Below are positions 28,682 through 38,382 of a stretch of 64,000 nt of DNA, piece by piece; within the stretch, counting starts at the first letter, position 1; every line of letters begins with the position of its first letter. The DNA is from an uncultured bacterium (lineage in GTDB: Bacteria; Chloroflexota; UBA5177; JANWHV01). The position numbers were made by a program, and so were the translations under genes. The notes beneath the pieces were generated by a model. The model saw only the letters and a list, made by a program, of their open reading frames with translations, searched no databases and was not told where the DNA came from. The stretch lies in the NCBI GenBank assembly GCA_963827235.1, contig CAWHAE010000016.1, forward strand, positions 768,001 through 832,000, written 5' to 3'.

Positions 28682-29989
28682 ATGATCAAGCGAAACTCGG
28701 TGGCGGTAGTCACCTGGCTGCTGGCCCTGCTCACGCTCCTGGCTCAGCCGATAGACGGCGCTCCCGCCGCGGTACGGGCGAGTGCTCAGCACGCTGCCGG
28801 CGGCACGGTCCGCATCACGGGCCTGCTGGCACGACCTACGACGGCGCTGGCAGGCAGCAGCGTCATCCTGCAGACGGCGGTAGCCGCGCAGACCGCGTTC
28901 AGAGCGCTCATCGTATCGATCGAGGTCTACGGTCCGACGTGGAAGAGCGTCTACGCCATTCGCGCGTCGGTCGACATCGCGGCTCAAGGATCCCGCTCGG
29001 TCGCGGCGTCGTGGAGTATCCCGTCTTCCGAGGCAACCGGCACCTACCATGCGCTGGTGAACGTCTTCAGCGGCGACTGGACGATCCACTATGCGGAGCG
29101 CTGTTGCATCGACCTTCACGTGACCAACGCCTCCGGCGCCATCGCACTCGGCGCCTGGGTCCCTGGGGCTGACTCGAATCCGGCCGTTATTGACCAGTAC
29201 GCGCGTCTCACGGGCAGATACCCCGCCATCGTCAACTACTACCAATCGTGGTTACCTCCCAACCCGCGCGATCTCAACCTGGGGCTGCTGCGAGAATACG
29301 AGCGCCGGGGCATCACGCCGATGATCTCGTGGGAGCCCGACGTGCCGGACGAGAAGATCATCGGAGGCTCGTACGACTCGTTCATCCGCCGGTACGCGCT
29401 GGACGCCGCCACGTTCGGGAAGACCATTCTGCTGCGCTTCGCTTGGGAGGAAAACGGGAGCTGGACCGCGTGGAGCCCCGGTGTGAACGGTAACACCGCG
29501 CTCACCTTCATCGCGGCCTGGCGCCACATCCACGACATCTTCGTGGGGGAACACGCGACCAACGTCCAGTGGGTGTGGGCGCCCAACGTCGTCTTTCCCG
29601 GAAGCGCTCCCTACTCTGGCCTGTATCCCGGGGACGACTACGTCGATTGGCTGGGACTCGACGGCTACAACTGGGGAACTTCGACCACTTACAGCTACTG
29701 GTCCAGCGGTGACCAGATCTTCGGTCCCTCGATCGAAAGCCTGATGGCATTGTCGAGCAAGCCGATCATGATCTCAGAAATCGGATCGGCGGAGCAAGGC
29801 GGAAACAAGGCCACCTGGATAACGGACTGGTTCCTGCGTGATTTGCCCACCAGCTTCCCGCGCGTGCGAGCGGTCGTGTGGTTCGATCAGAACAAGGAAG
29901 CCGACTGGCAGATAGACTCGTCTGCCTCGTCCCTGGCTGCCTTCAGGCAGGTCGTGGCATCACCGCTCTACCAGGGACGGCTACCGTAG
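28682..29989 (+). CDS. Secreted GH26 glycoside hydrolase with one Ig-like module (paralogue of 22812-24176)
   Basis: Signal peptide; ISWEP, LRFAWEENGSW, YPGDDYVDWLGLDGYNWG, KPIMISEIG. Confidence 0.9.
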   Translation: MIKRNSVAVVTWLLALLTLLAQPIDGAPAAVRASAQHAAGGTVRITGLLARPTTALAGSSVILQTAVAAQTAFRALIVSIEVYGPTWKSVYAIRASVDIAAQGSRSVAASWSIPSSEATGTYHALVNVFSGDWTIHYAERCCIDLHVTNASGAIALGAWVPGADSNPAVIDQYARLTGRYPAIVNYYQSWLPPNPRDLNLGLLREYERRGITPMISWEPDVPDEKIIGGSYDSFIRRYALDAATFGKTILLRFAWEENGSWTAWSPGVNGNTALTFIAAWRHIHDIFVGEHATNVQWVWAPNVVFPGSAPYSGLYPGDDYVDWLGLDGYNWGTSTTYSYWSSGDQIFGPSIESLMALSSKPIMISEIGSAEQGGNKATWITDWFLRDLPTSFPRVRAVVWFDQNKEADWQIDSSASSLAAFRQVVASPLYQGRLP

Positions 29990-30440
29990 CCCGATTCTCC
30001 TCTATCGGTCGCCGGACTAGTGCGTAGTGCTGGGCTTGCGGCGAGGACCGCGTTCATTCCGCCCTGCTTGATCGAACCTGACCAGTACTTATTTCCCCCG
30101 GTTCGCAGGACTACTGTCCCAGGTGTGAGGACTAGCACAACGCCTGCCATACCACTAGCATTGTGTCTGCAGGGAGACCCGCAATGTAACTGCCGCTAGT
30201 GAGGTCGTCTTGGCAGCACATGTGAGATTCGTCCGCGATCGGTCGACGTACGACAATGCTCAGGTCATGGCGGGTGCCCGGTTCGCGCGGCAACCAGGCT
30301 GCCTGCTCGTACGCACACCGGTGACCCGCCGGCTCGTGTCAGCATGCAGCAACGCTGCGAGCAGCGGAGGGGAGAGTCTTAGCGTCACGTAGACGATAAT
30401 TGGTCGTGGCGACCGGTAACACACCGGCGCGGCGTGACGC

Positions 30441-30523
30441 CGCTGTAAAAAGGTAAACCCATCGCGAGGTGGGGACACAAAGCCAAGGGTCTCGGCGCTG
30501 CCGAGATAGCCCGGTTGCCAGCA
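30441..30523 (+). ncRNA. Cyclic di-GMP-I (GEMM) riboswitch
   Basis: GGTAAACCCATC-GCGA-GGTGGGGACACAAAGCCAAGGGTCTCGG..CCGAGATAGCCCGGTTGCC matches the class-I consensus: GNRA loop, GGYAAACC/GGACRCAAAG, P3, P1 GCTG/CAGC. About 110 nt upstream of the GH26 start. Confidence 0.88.
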
Positions 30524-30631
30524 CCACAAGCTGACTACCCTCCTGTGTCGCGACCGGAGGTTCCAAGCCCGAAGAACCTGGTGCATCGGCTCCGGCAACT
30601 CACCAAAACAGAGTTAGGCGGAGATCACGAC

Positions 30632-33082
30632 ATGTGTACGTCTGTTGCACTGTGGCGGGTACCACTCGCCCTGCTCCTCATTTTGTCGGTGGCTCACTTT
30701 ACGCTGCCCGGCCCGGGGGCACGTGCCGATTCCTCCAGCATCGGCATCTCCAATGGTGCCGTCAGCCCAAGTACCGTCGCGCCGCCCAATAGCGCTGCGC
30801 TCTCCGCCACCATCTCTTCGCCGGCGGCTATGCCCGGCTCGATCATCGACTTCGAGGTGTTCAGCGCGGCGGGCACCCGCGTCTATCAGACGTACCTGAG
30901 CGGAGTGAACCTGGCGGCGAACAGCAGCCAGACGTTCACCGCCACATGGCCGGTGCCGGTCAATACCGCCGTCGGCACCTACACGGTCAACGTGGGCGTC
31001 TTCAATCAGTGGTGGTCCTATCGCTATGCCTGGGCATCACCAGCCACCTCCTTCCAGGTGACCACTTCCCTGCCCACGCCCACCAGCACGCCCGTCCCGG
31101 TGAGCATCTCCGGCGTCGTCGTGACTCCCGCGAGCATCGCCGCGAACAGCAGCGCAAACCTATCCGCCAAGGTGACCACGGTCAGCGCGATGCCCGGCTC
31201 GATCATCGACTTCGAGGTCTTCAACGCGGCAGGCACTCGCATCTACCAGACGTATCAGACCGGAGTGAACCTGGCTGCCGGCAACACCCAGAGCTTCGGC
31301 GCGATCTGGCCGGTACCTCTCGCGCAGGCCACCGGCACCTACACGGTCGACGTAGGTGTCTTCAACCAGTGGTGGTCCTACCGCTATGCCTGGGCTGCGC
31401 CTGCCGCCTCGTTCCAGGTCACCGCCGCTCTTCCGACCAACACGCCGCTGCCGACGGCAACCAGCACACCGGTGCCGGTTGGCATCTCCGGTGTCGCAGT
31501 CAGCCCATCCAGCGTCCCCGCGAACAGCAACGCGGCGATGTCGGCCAAAGTCACCACGGTCAATGCCGTGCCCGGCAGCATCATCGACTTCGAGGTGTTC
31601 AATGCATCCGGTGCTCGCGTCTACCAGACCTATCAATCGGGCGTGAACCTGGCGGCCAACAGCGCGCAGACCTTCACCGCTGCATGGCCTGTTCCGCTCA
31701 GCCAGGCTGCCGGCGCCTACTCGGTCGACATCGGAGTGTTCAGCCAGAACTGGGCGTCTCGCTACGCCTGGGCTGCACCAGCTACGTCGTTCCAGGTGAC
31801 CGCGGCGCTCCCGACCAACACGCCGCTGCCCACGGCAACCAGTACGCAGGTGGCGGTCAGCGTTTCGAGCGTTGCCGTCAACCCCTCCACGGTGTCTGCA
31901 AGCAGCAGCGCCGCGCTCTCAGCCAAGGTTACCACGGCTGGCGCGATGGCCAGCTCCATCATCGACTTCGAGGTATTCGACGCATCCGGCACTCGCCAGT
32001 ACCAGACATATCAGACCGGCGTTAATCTGGCGGCGAATGCCACGCAGAGCTTTAGCGCCGCCTGGCCCGTGCCCGCTTCGACGGCACCGGGCACCTATAC
32101 GCTCGATGTCGGCGTCTTCAATCAATGGTGGTCCTATCGCTTCGCCTGGACCGGCGCTTCATTCCACGTGGCGGCGCCGATACCTACCGCGACCAGCACG
32201 CCTGGACCGCCGTCGGCACCGCTTGCACTGGGTGCCTGGATTCCCGGCGACGAGAGCGATCCGTCGGTCGTCGATAGCTTCGCCTCCATGGTCGGCGTAA
32301 CGCCCAAGGTCGTCTCGTGGTACCAGGACTGGGAAGATAACCCAGGTTTCCAGGTGAACGCAATGAACGCCTACCTTTCCCGTGGCGAGATGCCCATCAT
32401 ATCCTGGCTGCCAGACGGCAGCAGCGCCACCCCGACCTTTGACCGGGCCGTCGCCAACGGGAGCTACGACAGCTTCATCAACCAGTGGGCCATGGCCGCT
32501 GCCGCGTGGGGACATCCGTTCTACCTTCGTTTTGCCTGGGAGATGAACGGCTACTGGCAGCCATTCTCGCCCGGTGTGAGCGGGAACACCACTGCAGACT
32601 ACGTTGCCATGTGGCAGCACGTGCACGACCTGTTCGTGCAGGACGGCGCCACGAACGCGCGCTGGGTCTGGAGCCCCAACGTGGAATACTACGGCAGCAC
32701 GCCGTTCGCTAGTGTCTACCCAGGCGATGCCTATGTCGACTATATCGGCATGAGTGGCTTCAACGACGGGCATACAGACCAGTACCATTGGTGGACCTCG
32801 CTGCACGACGTCTTCGCGCAGTCCTATACCGACCTGACCACCATGTCCGCCAAGCCGATGATCATCACGGAGACGGCCTCCACGGAGACAGGCGGAGACA
32901 AGGCAGCCTGGATCACGCAGGGCTTTCTGACGGACATACCTGTCTCGTTCCCGCGTGTCAGGGCCGTCGTCTGGTTCGACGAGAACAAAGAGCAGGACTG
33001 GCGAGTCAACTCGTCGGCCGCGTCCCTTGCTGCTTACCAGCAGGTCGCAGCGTCGCCGCTCTACCAGGGGCAGCTCTCGTAG
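30632..33082 (+). CDS. Secreted GH26 glycoside hydrolase with four Ig-like modules and Pro/Thr linkers
   Basis: Signal peptide; four repeats containing IIDFEVF (DNA at ~30842, 31202, 31580, 31958); LRFAWEMNGYW, YPGDAYVDY, KPMIITETAS. Confidence 0.92.
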   Translation: MCTSVALWRVPLALLLILSVAHFTLPGPGARADSSSIGISNGAVSPSTVAPPNSAALSATISSPAAMPGSIIDFEVFSAAGTRVYQTYLSGVNLAANSSQTFTATWPVPVNTAVGTYTVNVGVFNQWWSYRYAWASPATSFQVTTSLPTPTSTPVPVSISGVVVTPASIAANSSANLSAKVTTVSAMPGSIIDFEVFNAAGTRIYQTYQTGVNLAAGNTQSFGAIWPVPLAQATGTYTVDVGVFNQWWSYRYAWAAPAASFQVTAALPTNTPLPTATSTPVPVGISGVAVSPSSVPANSNAAMSAKVTTVNAVPGSIIDFEVFNASGARVYQTYQSGVNLAANSAQTFTAAWPVPLSQAAGAYSVDIGVFSQNWASRYAWAAPATSFQVTAALPTNTPLPTATSTQVAVSVSSVAVNPSTVSASSSAALSAKVTTAGAMASSIIDFEVFDASGTRQYQTYQTGVNLAANATQSFSAAWPVPASTAPGTYTLDVGVFNQWWSYRFAWTGASFHVAAPIPTATSTPGPPSAPLALGAWIPGDESDPSVVDSFASMVGVTPKVVSWYQDWEDNPGFQVNAMNAYLSRGEMPIISWLPDGSSATPTFDRAVANGSYDSFINQWAMAAAAWGHPFYLRFAWEMNGYWQPFSPGVSGNTTADYVAMWQHVHDLFVQDGATNARWVWSPNVEYYGSTPFASVYPGDAYVDYIGMSGFNDGHTDQYHWWTSLHDVFAQSYTDLTTMSAKPMIITETASTETGGDKAAWITQGFLTDIPVSFPRVRAVVWFDENKEQDWRVNSSAASLAAYQQVAASPLYQGQLS

Positions 33083-33162
33083 CAGGACATAGCGGCACGG
33101 CGCAGACCACGGAGGCCCGCAGAGCCCTGCCTGGCCGTGTTGCCCTCTGGCAGAGAGTAAGC

Positions 33163-33211
33163 GTGGATTGCATCCGGCCCGCGTACTCTCTCGCGGCCGG
33201 ATGCAATCCAC
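33163..33211. terminator. 17-bp perfect inverted repeat between convergent genes (possible bidirectional terminator)
   Basis: GTGGATTGCATCCGGCC-N15-GGCCGGATGCAATCCAC; no U tract. Confidence 0.55.
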
Positions 33212-33279
33212 CCCTCATGCATGCGGGAAGCGAAACACCGGTGAGACGGCGATCAGTTGGCGACGTGGGGCTGATTCGC

Positions 33280-34266
33280 TCAGTGGGAGTGGCTGAGCCA
33301 TCGCCAGGTATAGCCGTAGAGCGTGGCATACGTGGACAGCGCCTTGAGCGGCCGAAACCCCAGCCGCCACTGGCGCTTGGGATCGAAATATAGGCTGATG
33401 AACAGGCTGGGCACGAACAGCGCGGGCGAAAGCGCCACCAGCAGCTTGCCATACCACCGGTCCAGCGGCACCACCTGCATCCGCCGCTCCGGTGCCAGCA
33501 ACGCCTCCTGCGCGTGCCCCATGCCGTAGCTGAACCCCTTTCGCACCAGGGCACGCACGTGGCTGGGCGGGCCATGGTATACCCAGCAGTGGCCGGGAAT
33601 CACGAAGCGATAGCCCGCCCGGCGGATGCGGAAGAAGAACTCCGTGTCCTCGCCTGCCTGGAGTTCCTCGTTGAAGCCGCCCACCTCCTCGAAGACCGAT
33701 CGCCGCACCAGGCAGCAGGTGGTGGTGATGCCCGTGAAGCCGTAGTGATCCAGGGTCGGATTGCTCTCCGTGTCCCGTTCCATCACCGGATAGACCCACC
33801 GCGGCACCTCCTCAGCGACCCGCTGCTGAAACCGGCTCGCGTCGGGCGGCAGCAACTTCGAGGTGCCCGTCACGCCGATCGATGGATCGGCCCGCATGCT
33901 CTCGACCAGCCGCTCGAGGTCGCGGTCGCCGCCGAAGTACGCGTCGTCGTCGACGAAGAGGATGAACTCGCCGCGCGTCTGGGCCACGCCGAGGTTGCGT
34001 GCCCGACCAGCCGGATTGACGCCCCGTACTACGACGACCTCAAAGTCGGCAAATGTCTGCCCGTCCAGGCTCTGCAGCACTCGCTCTACGTCCCCACTCC
34101 ACGACGCGATCACCACGGCCACGGTGCGCGCCGGCACCCTGACGGTACCCGTGTCGGGCTGCTCCCGGGCCGCCGTGCCTTCGATAGCCCGCACGTCGTA
34201 GGTCCGCGCCGGCGATCTGGACCTGATGCTCGTATGTGCTTGATCCACCCTCATGCTCCCCACCAT
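33280..34266 (-). CDS. GT2 glycosyltransferase (twin A)
   Basis: VAVVIAS, ARNLGV..RGEFILFVDDD, VFEEVGGFNE..AGEDTEF. GGAG SD before ATG 34266. Confidence 0.88.
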   Translation of the reverse strand: MVGSMRVDQAHTSIRSRSPARTYDVRAIEGTAAREQPDTGTVRVPARTVAVVIASWSGDVERVLQSLDGQTFADFEVVVVRGVNPAGRARNLGVAQTRGEFILFVDDDAYFGGDRDLERLVESMRADPSIGVTGTSKLLPPDASRFQQRVAEEVPRWVYPVMERDTESNPTLDHYGFTGITTTCCLVRRSVFEEVGGFNEELQAGEDTEFFFRIRRAGYRFVIPGHCWVYHGPPSHVRALVRKGFSYGMGHAQEALLAPERRMQVVPLDRWYGKLLVALSPALFVPSLFISLYFDPKRQWRLGFRPLKALSTYATLYGYTWRWLSHSH

Positions 34267-35151
34267 GCTCGTCTTTTCTCCAGCTTGATGCAACGCCCGG
34301 CGCCCCGGCGTGGCCGTCAACCGGATGGCGTGGCAAACGCTGCCCGATTTCCCATGTGGCGGCGCGTCGGTCGCGCTACTACACCCCTTCTCTACGTGGC
34401 CGGCATAGCGTTCAGTGAGGGTGACTGAACCACCTCCAGGTATAGCCGTAGAGCGTGGCATACGTGGACAGCGCCTTGAGCGGCCGAAACCCCAGCCGCC
34501 ACTGGCGCTTGGGATCGAAATATAGGCTGATGAACAGGCTGGGCACGAACAGCGCGGGCGAAAGCGCCACCAGCAGCTTGCCATACCACCGGTCCAGCGG
34601 CACCACCTGCATCCGCCGCTCCGGTGCCAGCAACGCCTCCTGCGCGTGCCCCATGCCGTAGCTGAACCCCTTTCGCACCAGGGCACGCACGTGGCTGGGC
34701 GGGCCATGGTATACCCAGCAGTGGCCGGGAATCACGAAGCGATAGCCCGCCCGGCGGATGCGGAAGAAGAACTCCGTGTCCTGGCCGGTCTGCAGGTTCT
34801 CGTTGAAGCCGCCCACCTCCTCGAAGACCGATCGCCGCACCAGGCAGCAGGTGGTGGTGATGCCCGTGAAGCCGTAGTGATCCAGGGTCGGATTGCTCTC
34901 CGTGTCCCGTTCCATCACCGGATAGACCCACCGCGGCACCTCCTCAGCGACCCGCTGCTGAAACCGGCTCGCGTCGGGCGGCAGCAACTTCGAGGTGCCC
35001 GTCACGCCGATCGATGGATCGGCCCGCATGCTCTCGACCAGCCGCTCGAGGTCGCGGTCGCCGCCGAAGTACGCGTCGTCGTCGACGAAGAGGATGAACT
35101 CGCCGCGCGTCTGGGCCACGCCGAGGTTGCGTGCCCGACCAGCCGGATTGA
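33304..35151. repeat. Near-identical ~716-bp direct duplication (33304-34019 and 34436-35151; offset 1132)
   Basis: Compared by eye: identical except 6 substitutions at 33651-33666 vs 34783-34798. Confidence 0.9.
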
Positions 35152-35410
35152 TGCCGCGCACCACCACCACGGCGACATCGGTGAACGACTGGCGATCCAG
35201 GCTAGCCAGCACACGCTCAACGTTGCCGTTCCAGGAAGGTACGATCACGGCTACCTCGGCCGTCCAAGGGAGCGGCTCGTCCGGCGGTGGGTGACCGTCC
35301 GTGCCGCCGATCACGATGCTCCGACGGACCGGCCGGTTGCTTGACTCCTTGTGCGCGCCGGACGACTGTGGCACCGGTACTCTGTCGCTGACTGTTTTGC
35401 TAGCTTGCAT
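34412..35410 (-). CDS. GT2 glycosyltransferase (twin B)
   Basis: VAVIVPSWN, FVDDD, GGFNENLQTGQDTEF. Start overlaps the stop of the upstream GT4. Confidence 0.88.
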   Translation of the reverse strand: MQASKTVSDRVPVPQSSGAHKESSNRPVRRSIVIGGTDGHPPPDEPLPWTAEVAVIVPSWNGNVERVLASLDRQSFTDVAVVVVRGINPAGRARNLGVAQTRGEFILFVDDDAYFGGDRDLERLVESMRADPSIGVTGTSKLLPPDASRFQQRVAEEVPRWVYPVMERDTESNPTLDHYGFTGITTTCCLVRRSVFEEVGGFNENLQTGQDTEFFFRIRRAGYRFVIPGHCWVYHGPPSHVRALVRKGFSYGMGHAQEALLAPERRMQVVPLDRWYGKLLVALSPALFVPSLFISLYFDPKRQWRLGFRPLKALSTYATLYGYTWRWFSHPH

Positions 35411-36563
35411 GATGCCCTGCTCCCGCGAAGACTGCACTTTTCTTCCTTGCACGAACGTAGGCCTCCAGAGTCTGGCCCGCCGTGCGATCCCACGAGAACG
35501 ATCGCGCGCGTGCCGACCCCCGGGCCACCAGGTCTGCACGCAGACTCGTATCGCCGACCACGCAGAGCAGGCCGTCGGCGAGATCTTGCTCGTCGGTCGG
35601 ATCGATGAGCACCGCGGCGTCGCCGCCAACTTCGGCCATCGACGTGGATTGGCTCGTAACCACCGGCACCTCACAAGCCATCGCCTCGAGCACCGGTAGA
35701 CCGAAGCCTTCGATAATCGATGGGCTAGCGAGCACATCGGCCGCCGAGTAGACTGCCGGCAGATCCTCTTCCGGTACCTTCGGCAGCTCTAGAACCCGCT
35801 CACGCAAGCCGAGCTCGTCGAGGAGCGCCGGTACCGGATCGTCGAACCGCCGGTCCGGCTCACCGACGAGAACCAGATTGTGCGGAATCTGGTGCCGGAT
35901 GCGACCGAAGGCTCGCACAATTCCGGCGACGTTCTTATGTGGACGGCGCGCTCCAACTGCCAGCACGTATTTCACGGGCAGTGCGTAGCGCTCCCTTGCC
36001 TTCTCCTTCTGTGTCGCCGTGGCAGGACGATAGATTGACCCCGCAGCCAGCGGAGTGACGTCGATGGTAGCAATCGGCATCCTGTAGTACCGGCTCAAGT
36101 CGCGGCGAGTGGCCTCGGAGACTACGAGCACGGCCGCGGCCCGACGCAGCGCTGCCCACGTCCAGCCCCGATAGCACGCACGGGCCCACCGCCTGGGCAT
36201 GTAGTCGGGATAGCGCTCGAAGATGAGATCGTGAATGGTGACCACAAGCGGACAGGGGCAAGCGACGGGCGCCGCGAAGTACGGAACATGGAGCACGTCG
36301 AGATGGCGGCGAGTCGCGATGAGAGGCAGCAGCATCTGGCTGCGGGGCGAGTAAAGCGGTACCCCGCATTCTACTGCTTCCACGTTTGGTGCCGCCAAGA
36401 GGGTCCGCAAATCGAAGCGTGTGTTTGGGACTCCGGGACTCCAGAGCACCACGAACGTATGCTCGCGCCCCAGGTCAATCCCATGCCGCAGCAGCTCAAA
36501 TGCATAACGCCCGATTCCGTGGTACCGATCCTGGATGAACCGCGCGTCGAAGCCGATTCTCAT
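35400..36563 (-). CDS. GT4 glycosyltransferase (MtfB/WbdB mannosyltransferase-like)
   Basis: MRIGFDAR..GIGRY, VVTIHDL, VSEAT, VG..PHKN, EGFGLPVLEAMAC, FSW..TA. Confidence 0.92.
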   Translation of the reverse strand: MRIGFDARFIQDRYHGIGRYAFELLRHGIDLGREHTFVVLWSPGVPNTRFDLRTLLAAPNVEAVECGVPLYSPRSQMLLPLIATRRHLDVLHVPYFAAPVACPCPLVVTIHDLIFERYPDYMPRRWARACYRGWTWAALRRAAAVLVVSEATRRDLSRYYRMPIATIDVTPLAAGSIYRPATATQKEKARERYALPVKYVLAVGARRPHKNVAGIVRAFGRIRHQIPHNLVLVGEPDRRFDDPVPALLDELGLRERVLELPKVPEEDLPAVYSAADVLASPSIIEGFGLPVLEAMACEVPVVTSQSTSMAEVGGDAAVLIDPTDEQDLADGLLCVVGDTSLRADLVARGSARARSFSWDRTAGQTLEAYVRARKKSAVFAGAGHHAS

Positions 36564-36675
36564 CGCCGTTGTCTGCCACCAGCTGACGGGATTTCTGCGT
36601 TGCCCGGGATAGCGGGATACGTATGGTCTTTGGCCAACATGGTCATGCCCTTCCGTACAGATCGGCACCACCCAC

Positions 36676-38382
36676 CTACCTGCGGTGCCCTGGAGCAGAG
36701 TCCGAGAGTGCGACGGCGGATCTCGGCGCCTGGTATGTCTGCGGCAAGCGGTAGAGGGCAAGCACGCCATATGTGGGATCTTTGAACGCGAACAGGCGCC
36801 TGCCGTGCGTCTGAAGCCATCGGTAGAGGGCCGGCGTGCCGGCGTCGTAGCCGTTGAAGGTAAGGGCCGAGCTCACGATCGCGTATTGCTCGTGGTACTG
36901 CTCGAGCTGCTGAACCGAGCCCCAGTAGTCATCCTGATAATCCAGGCCATACAGCAGCCGATTCGCCGGAAGATTCGTCGCCGCGATGCGACTGCCGGCC
37001 GGTACGTGAGCCTGCATGTAGACGAACAGCCGCTGGAAGCCATTGTCCGGCGTAGTATGGCGGTCCACCCAGTTGTAGCCCGCCCAGACCACGAAGCCGA
37101 GCATACACAGCGACGTGGCCACTGGTGCCCAGCGGAGCGCCATCGACGGCAGGCAGCCCGAGCGAAGCAAGAGCGTCGCCGCTGTCACGTCTGCCAGCAG
37201 CGTCGGTGCCACGAGGTAGTAGTAGTATTGCGCCTCATTCGTGCCGAACTTGATGCTGTAAGTCTGCAGCACGTAGGCACACACGGTCCAGACCGCCAGC
37301 AGGCGCACCGCACCGTCGTGCCGAAGCAGCAGGTAGACGACGGCAACAGCGCCGAGGGCGATCAACGCGTATGTAGTGGCGTATTGGGCCAAGTCAGCCA
37401 GCAGGGCATGCACGAAGGACGGCGTCGCAGCGGCGGCCGGAGTCGCTGGGCTTACGGCGTGGCCCGACACCGGGCCAGGATTCGCCCGTCCGGTGGGCGA
37501 CGGGCTACCGAATCCCGAGACGTGCAGCACGCCAAACAGGCGTCCAATGCCGTCGAACTTGGCTTGCGAGAAATTGCTCCACCCGCCTGCCGCGACGACG
37601 CAGGCGACGAGCGCGGCGTACATGGCGAAGGGAATAGCGCCGATCAGCAGGGCCACGCGGCGCGGTATCGACCAATTTAGCGCGAAGCATGCCGCGAGCG
37701 GCAGCAGTGTGTGGAACGCTGTTTCCTCCTCGGTCAGCAGCGCGGCGCCAAATGCGAGACCTGCTACGCAAGCCCGCCGGACCCCTGGCTTGCCGCCTGC
37801 GGCCGTGAGCAATGCGGCGTAGCCGGCCAGCACCCAGAACAGTGCCGAGGGTTGCAGCAAGTTGCGGCTGCTCATCGCAATCATGAACGGGTCCAGGGAG
37901 AAAATCAGTGCTGCTGCGAGGCCTGCCCACCAGCCCGCGACGCGGTGCGCAATCGCGAACAGCAGGGCCGCGGACATCCCGGCAAACGCTACGTTCAGCC
38001 ACCTCGAATCGAGCACGAGCTGAACCGTAGTGGCGTTCTGGAAGAACAGCCGCAGATAGCCGCCTTCGATGAGAAAGAGCATTGGAGGATGGACGAAGGC
38101 CGGGTCGCCCTGGAAGTTAAGCGTGAGAGAATGCGCCACGCTCGCCGAGAGCTGGCTGTAGATGATCTCGTCACTGTACACGTCGAACGCGTGGGCAAGA
38201 TTGACGGCGCGCAATAGCGCCGCAAGTGCGCCGGTGATCAGCGCGGCCATCCATACGGCCCGGGTGATATTCCGGTCCGCCCGCACGGCAGCAGACAGAC
38301 TTTGGCTTGTCATGCCTGCCCACGGCAATCGAGCGCGCAAAGATTGGATCGGCGGTACGAACACTCTTCCGGTGAGATCCAT
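36676..38382 (-). CDS. GT-C (PMT_2/ArnT-like) membrane glycosyltransferase
   Basis: DVYSDEIIY, FVHPPMLFL, R.LN, multi-TM region, C-terminal soluble domain. Start uncertain (38313-38433). Confidence 0.8.
   Translation of the reverse strand: MDLTGRVFVPPIQSLRARLPWAGMTSQSLSAAVRADRNITRAVWMAALITGALAALLRAVNLAHAFDVYSDEIIYSQLSASVAHSLTLNFQGDPAFVHPPMLFLIEGGYLRLFFQNATTVQLVLDSRWLNVAFAGMSAALLFAIAHRVAGWWAGLAAALIFSLDPFMIAMSSRNLLQPSALFWVLAGYAALLTAAGGKPGVRRACVAGLAFGAALLTEEETAFHTLLPLAACFALNWSIPRRVALLIGAIPFAMYAALVACVVAAGGWSNFSQAKFDGIGRLFGVLHVSGFGSPSPTGRANPGPVSGHAVSPATPAAAATPSFVHALLADLAQYATTYALIALGAVAVVYLLLRHDGAVRLLAVWTVCAYVLQTYSIKFGTNEAQYYYYLVAPTLLADVTAATLLLRSGCLPSMALRWAPVATSLCMLGFVVWAGYNWVDRHTTPDNGFQRLFVYMQAHVPAGSRIAATNLPANRLLYGLDYQDDYWGSVQQLEQYHEQYAIVSSALTFNGYDAGTPALYRWLQTHGRRLFAFKDPTYGVLALYRLPQTYQAPRSAVALSDSAPGHRR

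Noticed and set aside
34267-34707. N-terminal extension of GT2 twin A in the 475-aa ORF
   Set aside because: Alternate-frame read of twin B's 3' end; the same peptide recurs at 33006-33575 because of the duplication.
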